Virus record (IMG/VR): IMGVR_UViG_3300017761_005873
Coordinates: 1 to 64,000 of that record
DNA: 64,000 nucleotides
Direction: 5' to 3' (one strand)
From: a virus
Part shown: piece by piece, positions 59,107 through 64,000 of the stretch
Layout: the number at the start of each line of letters is the position of its first letter
Numbering within the stretch: the first letter of the stretch is position 1
Position numbers and translations under genes: made by a program
Notes under the pieces: generated by a model
What the model was told of the DNA's origin: nothing
Databases searched by the model: none
Seen by the model: the letters and a program-made list of their open reading frames with translations, nothing else

Positions 59107-59727
59107 ATGGAAATTATTGATTTTAAAGATTTGGCTATAATGACAGCCAAAGATAAGGTTTTTATATCTTTTGATATATCAACAAGTTGTATTGGTGTAT
59201 CTATTTTTAATGAAAACTTTAATCTTACATCAGTTAAAGCACTTAAAATGATAAAGACTAAGGATTGTGAAGATGACCCTGAAATCATAAAAGGAGATGC
59301 TTTTAAAAAATTTGTTGAAGATTTAAAAATATATGACATTATTGATATATTTGTTGAAGAACCATTAGTTAAATCTAATAATGTTTATACTGTTAATAAG
59401 TTATTAAAATTTAATGGAATTTGTTCATATATACTAAGAGATGTTTTAGGAATCATTCCTAAATTTATGAGTGTAGATGAAGTAAGAAGGTTATTCTGTC
59501 CTGAAATGACAGAATATGATATGAAAAAGGATAAAACAATTTTAAAATTTAAATCTAGAAAAAATGACCCAAAAAGTTATATATTTGAAAAAATATCTAA
59601 AGAATATGAAAATATTTCTTGGATATTAGATAAAAAGGGAAAATTAAAGACTGAGAATTATGACATAACAGATTCAATTGCTCTTGCCAAAGCATCTTTT
59701 AAAAAATTTTATGAAAAAGAATACTAA
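59107..59727 (+). CDS. RuvC-like Holliday junction resolvase
   Basis: SFDISTSCIG, IFVEEP and YDITDSIALA motifs. Confidence 0.7.
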   Translation: MEIIDFKDLAIMTAKDKVFISFDISTSCIGVSIFNENFNLTSVKALKMIKTKDCEDDPEIIKGDAFKKFVEDLKIYDIIDIFVEEPLVKSNNVYTVNKLLKFNGICSYILRDVLGIIPKFMSVDEVRRLFCPEMTEYDMKKDKTILKFKSRKNDPKSYIFEKISKEYENISWILDKKGKLKTENYDITDSIALAKASFKKFYEKEY

Positions 59728-60223
59728 AAATGAAAAAAATCAAACCTACCTCGATTTCTTATTAAAAATTAATAATTTTTCATATTTTTCTTGTGAGATG
59801 ATTCTTCCAGATGATGTTGATGAATTTTTTGAAGAATATGCAAAAGAATATGAAAATCCTGAAGTTTTTTTTGAAACATTAGACCCATTACTAGAAAAAT
59901 CACATAGAGTTATGTATTTAACAGGTACACTAGTCGATGTTGAATATATTAATTTTATAAATTCATTTGAACAAATATCAGAAGAAGATAAAAAAATTTT
60001 AGTTAAAAAAGACAACACAGATTTATTAATACCAATAACATTACACTATAGTGACAACAATGAATTTATCACTTTGTATGTTATTGATTTATTTAAGATT
60101 AAGACCAAAAGAAGAAGGAAAACGGAATTGGAACTTCAGTCCGAATTAGATGATGCTTTAAAAACGGAAAATTACGAATTAGCTGTTAAAATCAGAGAAA
60201 AAATCAAAAAGATTAAAAAATAG
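59711..60223 (+). CDS. Protein with C-terminal UvrB/UvrC motif
   Basis: ELQSELDDALKTENYELAVKIREKIK. Probable ATG 59711 (track start 59678). Confidence 0.65.
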   Translation: MKKNTKNEKNQTYLDFLLKINNFSYFSCEMILPDDVDEFFEEYAKEYENPEVFFETLDPLLEKSHRVMYLTGTLVDVEYINFINSFEQISEEDKKILVKKDNTDLLIPITLHYSDNNEFITLYVIDLFKIKTKRRRKTELELQSELDDALKTENYELAVKIREKIKKIKK

Positions 60224-60237
60224 TTTATATTTAACTT

Positions 60238-61830
60238 ATGATAAAACTTAATTGGAATTCAAAAAACGATTTTTTTGTTAACAACGAGAATAGAGTTAAC
60301 AAAGCAATTGAGGTCATTGAAAATTGTATTAATAATAATACATCGATTAACAATACCGAACAGTATGAAGGTTTTGTAAGAAAAGTTTTGGTTAGTAAAA
60401 ATACTAAAGAATCCAAAAATTACAAAAAATTAATAGATATTTATAATACATATTTAACTTTAAGAAAAACTTCTAAAAAGGTTGTAAACACAACCAATGT
60501 TGATAAAGAAGAAAAATATGATAATAGAAGTAGTTGGATAGCTAATCGTGATAAGGATAATAAAATTATTGACTATTCATATATAATATATGTTCAAGGA
60601 GAAAGACCATTTAGTGGTAAATTAACAAGAGAACAACTTGAAACAATTCATCAATATTATCCACATGTAACAATGATGAATGTGTCTTCATATTTTCCAT
60701 ATTTAACATTCCAACAATTTAAAAGAATTTTAAGATGTTTTAACATTACAAAAGATATGTTATTTCCTTTGCATATTCTTGAAGAACATACAGAGGAAGA
60801 GATTGCTGAGTTTGCTTTAAAAAATAAAGCATCCGCAACACTTAATAAGATTGTTGAAAAGAAAGCATCTTTTATTGAAAAGAAATATTTTGAAAGTCAA
60901 GAAAAAATTCAAGACCTTCAGAACATTCAAAATTTTATTGAAAATACAATTGAAAAATATTACACAGAAAAGCCTGAAGGAGATTTAAAAAAACCTGATT
61001 TGCTTACCAAATATACAGATGTATGTTATCTATTTTATTCTGATATACATTATGGTAAAAAATATTCAAATCCTGTTTTTGGAAGGGGTTATAATAAAGA
61101 AATTGCCCATGAAAGAATGATACAAATTGCTAAAAGAACTATTGAGTATATTAAATATAGAAATCTTAATAAACTTTATATTCTTTTTGGTGGTGATATG
61201 TTTGAATCTGTAATGACAGGTGGTATGAGAGCAGAACATCTTAAATCAATGGATGTTACAGGCATTGACCAAATTCTTTATGGTGTTGATTCTCAAATTG
61301 AATTTTTAAATGAATTGAGAAAAAATCTTGGCGCAAATTTCCCTGTTATTGTTACATACATTGGTGGTAATCATGATAGGATTGGAAAAGATAGGGATGA
61401 TGACCAAGAAAGAACAGGTTCATTAATTGCATATAACATCATTCAAAGAGAATTTAAAAATGATGAATATATTATGTTTAATATTCCAAGAAAACAAGTT
61501 TATGTTGAAAAGATTCAAAATCACGAAATGAATGATTTGTGTATTATTGCTCATCATGGTGATGCTGAAATCATTAAAAAGAAAGGTCATGAACTTGTTA
61601 ATCTTTATGGTATTGGAACATCAGGATATCATTTAGTTATAAACGGTCATTGGCATACAACAGAAATTTCATATAATGCAGGTACAAATTATATGGAAAT
61701 TTCATTACCATCAGTTTGTTCAGTAGATGAATTTATTTTGGATAGACTTGGAAATAATCAACTACCAGGATTTATTTTAGGTATATGTGAAAATTCAGGT
61801 TTTACTTTTTCAAATGAAGTTCTTTATTAA
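60238..61830 (+). CDS. Calcineurin-like metallophosphoesterase with long N-terminal extension
   Basis: SDIHYG, GGDMFE, GGNHDR, HHGD and GHWH motifs. Confidence 0.82.
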   Translation: MIKLNWNSKNDFFVNNENRVNKAIEVIENCINNNTSINNTEQYEGFVRKVLVSKNTKESKNYKKLIDIYNTYLTLRKTSKKVVNTTNVDKEEKYDNRSSWIANRDKDNKIIDYSYIIYVQGERPFSGKLTREQLETIHQYYPHVTMMNVSSYFPYLTFQQFKRILRCFNITKDMLFPLHILEEHTEEEIAEFALKNKASATLNKIVEKKASFIEKKYFESQEKIQDLQNIQNFIENTIEKYYTEKPEGDLKKPDLLTKYTDVCYLFYSDIHYGKKYSNPVFGRGYNKEIAHERMIQIAKRTIEYIKYRNLNKLYILFGGDMFESVMTGGMRAEHLKSMDVTGIDQILYGVDSQIEFLNELRKNLGANFPVIVTYIGGNHDRIGKDRDDDQERTGSLIAYNIIQREFKNDEYIMFNIPRKQVYVEKIQNHEMNDLCIIAHHGDAEIIKKKGHELVNLYGIGTSGYHLVINGHWHTTEISYNAGTNYMEISLPSVCSVDEFILDRLGNNQLPGFILGICENSGFTFSNEVLY

Positions 61831-61832
61831 TT

Positions 61833-62552
61833 ATGATTACAAGATACGATATAGAAAATGGTATTATCATTGACATTGAAACAGTACCTGAATTTTCATC
61901 ATTTGAGGAATGTAAAAAACAAAAACCTGCATTAGCAGCAAGTTTTGCAAAAAGAGCAAAATGGTATGCAGATAATGAGTATCGTTGTGATTTAAACGAT
62001 GAACTTCTAAGTAAAATTTATTTTGAAAAAGCATCTCTTTATTCAGAATACGGTAAGATTGTTGTAATCACTTGTGGTGGATTCAAAGATGATGAAGTAG
62101 CAACAATTTCATTTTCATCTAAAGATAATGAAGCACAAATTCTCAATGATTTCTACTCATTTAGTTATAAAAAATTGTTGAAAAATCCAAATACTTGTAT
62201 TGTTGGTTATAATATCAATATGTTTGATGTACCTTTCATTATAAAAAGGTCATTTGTTAACAATATTGAAAAAATCCCACCTATTTTTAGAATATTTGAT
62301 AAAAAACCTTGGGAATTGTCAGCAAAATTCAAAGATATATTTCTTCTTTGGCAAATGAACACAAGGAATTTTGTTTCTTTGGATGCTGTTGCAAGTTGTT
62401 TAGGACTTGAATCACACAAAGATTTTATGGATGGTTCAATGGTTGGTTCAACATTTCATATTGATAATAATTTAGAAAAGATTGTTAATTACTGTGAAAT
62501 GGATGTGGTATTAACAGGTAAAATAATGAAAAGATTGTGTTTAGATGCTTAA
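61833..62552 (+). CDS. PolB-like 3'-5' exonuclease (DnaQ fold)
   Basis: IDIETVP, GYNINMFDVPFI, SLD and YCEMDV motifs. Confidence 0.88.
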   Translation: MITRYDIENGIIIDIETVPEFSSFEECKKQKPALAASFAKRAKWYADNEYRCDLNDELLSKIYFEKASLYSEYGKIVVITCGGFKDDEVATISFSSKDNEAQILNDFYSFSYKKLLKNPNTCIVGYNINMFDVPFIIKRSFVNNIEKIPPIFRIFDKKPWELSAKFKDIFLLWQMNTRNFVSLDAVASCLGLESHKDFMDGSMVGSTFHIDNNLEKIVNYCEMDVVLTGKIMKRLCLDA

Positions 62553-63117
62553 AGAAATATTAATCAATCCTATTGAAAATTGTGTTAAAGATAAAAATGA
62601 TAAAAAATATATCATTATACATGATACTTTAAGAAAGGATTTTGATAAATATATTCTCTCATTAAAAAAGAAAGAATATGCTCCTGCATATGTTATTAAA
62701 AAAAATGGAGATATTCATAAATTTTATGATGATTTTTATTATAGCAACATAACTAATATAGAAAAAATAAACAAAACTTCTATTTTTATTGGATTAGAAA
62801 ATTCAGGTTTATTAAATAAACTTGAAAATAATTTTCTTAATTGGTGCAATGAAATTATTGACAAGAAAGATGTTGAAGAAGTTACTTTAAATAAAGAAAG
62901 TTTTTTGTATGATAAATATACAAAAACACAGATAGAATCTATTGGTCATTTAATAATTTATTTAAGCAATAAACATAATCTATCATTAAAAGAAATAAAC
63001 ATAAAGAATAGAGAAGAAAACTCAATTATTTTTTTAAAGGATATTGATATATTTTCTAATTCACCAAATCCCACATTAAATATTGACAAATTAAATTCAA
63101 TTATTTTTGGTAATTAA
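62545..63117 (+). CDS. N-acetylmuramoyl-L-alanine amidase-like protein, possibly inactive
   Basis: YIIIHDT, YVIKKNGDI, SIFIGLEN and YTKTQIES motifs. Lacks the later His/Cys ligands (SPNP). Confidence 0.6.
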   Translation: MLKEILINPIENCVKDKNDKKYIIIHDTLRKDFDKYILSLKKKEYAPAYVIKKNGDIHKFYDDFYYSNITNIEKINKTSIFIGLENSGLLNKLENNFLNWCNEIIDKKDVEEVTLNKESFLYDKYTKTQIESIGHLIIYLSNKHNLSLKEINIKNREENSIIFLKDIDIFSNSPNPTLNIDKLNSIIFGN

Positions 63118-63536
63118 AATTTAGTTTGTTTCATATCCATTAAATCCTGAATCATTTTTTGAACTTCATCTTGGTCTTCTTTACTTAAAGAAGCATTATC
63201 ACCTGAACTTGTTTTAGTTTTATTATTTTTAACATCCAAATCACCAAATATCTTAACACTATTAAGGTGTTTTGTGATTAAGTCAGTTTTCATTCTTAAA
63301 TACTCCTTAAAAGCATTTAAAGAATTATTTCTAGACTGTTCAAGTTGAGCCATTAATTGAAGTCTTACAGGGTCTTCAATGCTGTCAGAACCAAGTTCTT
63401 CAATAATACGGAGAACGAAGTTATAATGTCTAACACCCATTTGTTTATAGTGTTCTAAAATACCATAAACTTCATTCATGTGTTTTTCGATACTTTCTTG
63501 CGTAAGAGATAATTTTGAGCGTTTAGGTCTTGGCAT
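63114..63536 (-). CDS. Hypothetical helical protein
   Basis: 140-aa ORF with ACTATTTATA upstream. Confidence 0.55.
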   Translation of the reverse strand: MPRPKRSKLSLTQESIEKHMNEVYGILEHYKQMGVRHYNFVLRIIEELGSDSIEDPVRLQLMAQLEQSRNNSLNAFKEYLRMKTDLITKHLNSVKIFGDLDVKNNKTKTSSGDNASLSKEDQDEVQKMIQDLMDMKQTKF

Positions 63537-63590
63537 AATGTTTCTTATAAATAGTATTTTTTCAACTATTTAAGGAAAATAAGTAAATAA

Positions 63591-64000
63591 ATGGCAACTG
63601 TTTTAAATTATAATAAAAGAAATTTTTACGAATTAAGAGAAGAATTAAAAAGCTACATAAGACAAAATTATCCTGATGTTTTTTTAAATTTAGAAGATAA
63701 TTCTGTTGGTTCTGTTTTCATTGATATCCTTGCAGGTACAAGTGAAATGTTATATTTTAATCTTGACCGTGTATTTCAAGAAACACAACTTGAAAATGCC
63801 CAATTAAAAAAATCCTTATTTAACATTGCCAAAAATCTTGGTGTTAAACTACCAAATAAAAAACCTTCAATTACATTAATCGATATAGATGTTATTGTAC
63901 CTACATTAAATGATTCATATAATGATGATTATTTACCAATAGTTAAAGCAGGTACTCAATTTACCAATGGTAATGTAAGTTTTGAATTATTATCTGATGT
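63591..64000 (+). CDS. Baseplate wedge protein, T4 gp6-like, partial
   Basis: Not in ORF track: MATVLNYNKRNFYELREELKSYIRQNYP...SVGSVFIDILA...LYFNLD...ETQLENAQLKKSLFNIAKNLG. ACTATTTAA upstream. Confidence 0.85.
   Translation, partial: MATVLNYNKRNFYELREELKSYIRQNYPDVFLNLEDNSVGSVFIDILAGTSEMLYFNLDRVFQETQLENAQLKKSLFNIAKNLGVKLPNKKPSITLIDIDVIVPTLNDSYNDDYLPIVKAGTQFTNGNVSFELLSD

Noticed and set aside
9480-62419. Many short antisense or nested ORFs in the track (e.g. 9480, 9833, 11097, 16275, 30526, 46126, 50130, 53448, 59746, 62207)
   Set aside because: They lie within well-supported genes on the other strand or frame, have low-complexity Leu/Ile/Phe/Ser composition and carry no motifs.
1-64000. Stop-codon recoding, as in some Bacteroidota phages
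   Set aside because: The standard code already gives near-complete coding density with long intact ORFs ending in TAA, TAG or TGA.

Overview
AT-rich, gene-dense fragment of a large (probably jumbo) myophage genome read with the standard genetic code. TAnnTTTG promoter boxes and the lack of Shine-Dalgarno sequences point to a Bacteroidota host (inference). Virion genes (fibres, baseplate wedge and hub, tape measure, tail chaperones) are interleaved with T4-like replication and recombination genes (DnaB/gp41 helicase, RNase H/FEN, RecA/UvsX, SSB, RuvC-like, 3'-5' exonuclease, gp55-like sigma factor) and a 12.5-kb glycan biosynthesis cluster. Two results stand out. (1) The Mre11/Rad50 (SbcD/SbcC) nuclease is broken inside the Rad50 Walker A motif by an atypically split intein (29-aa IntN, ~129-aa IntC). 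The halves lie ~4 kb apart and should trans-splice into one ~1143-aa Mre11-Rad50 polypeptide. (2) A 2163-aa virion protein contains nine CBM-like modules whose N- and C-halves are ordered like balanced brackets (domains nested in domains), all inserted inside a LamG-like domain. Three upstream motif classes, a candidate tail-chaperone frameshift and a candidate virion glycosylation system are also visible. All family calls come from motif recognition by eye; no database searches were run.
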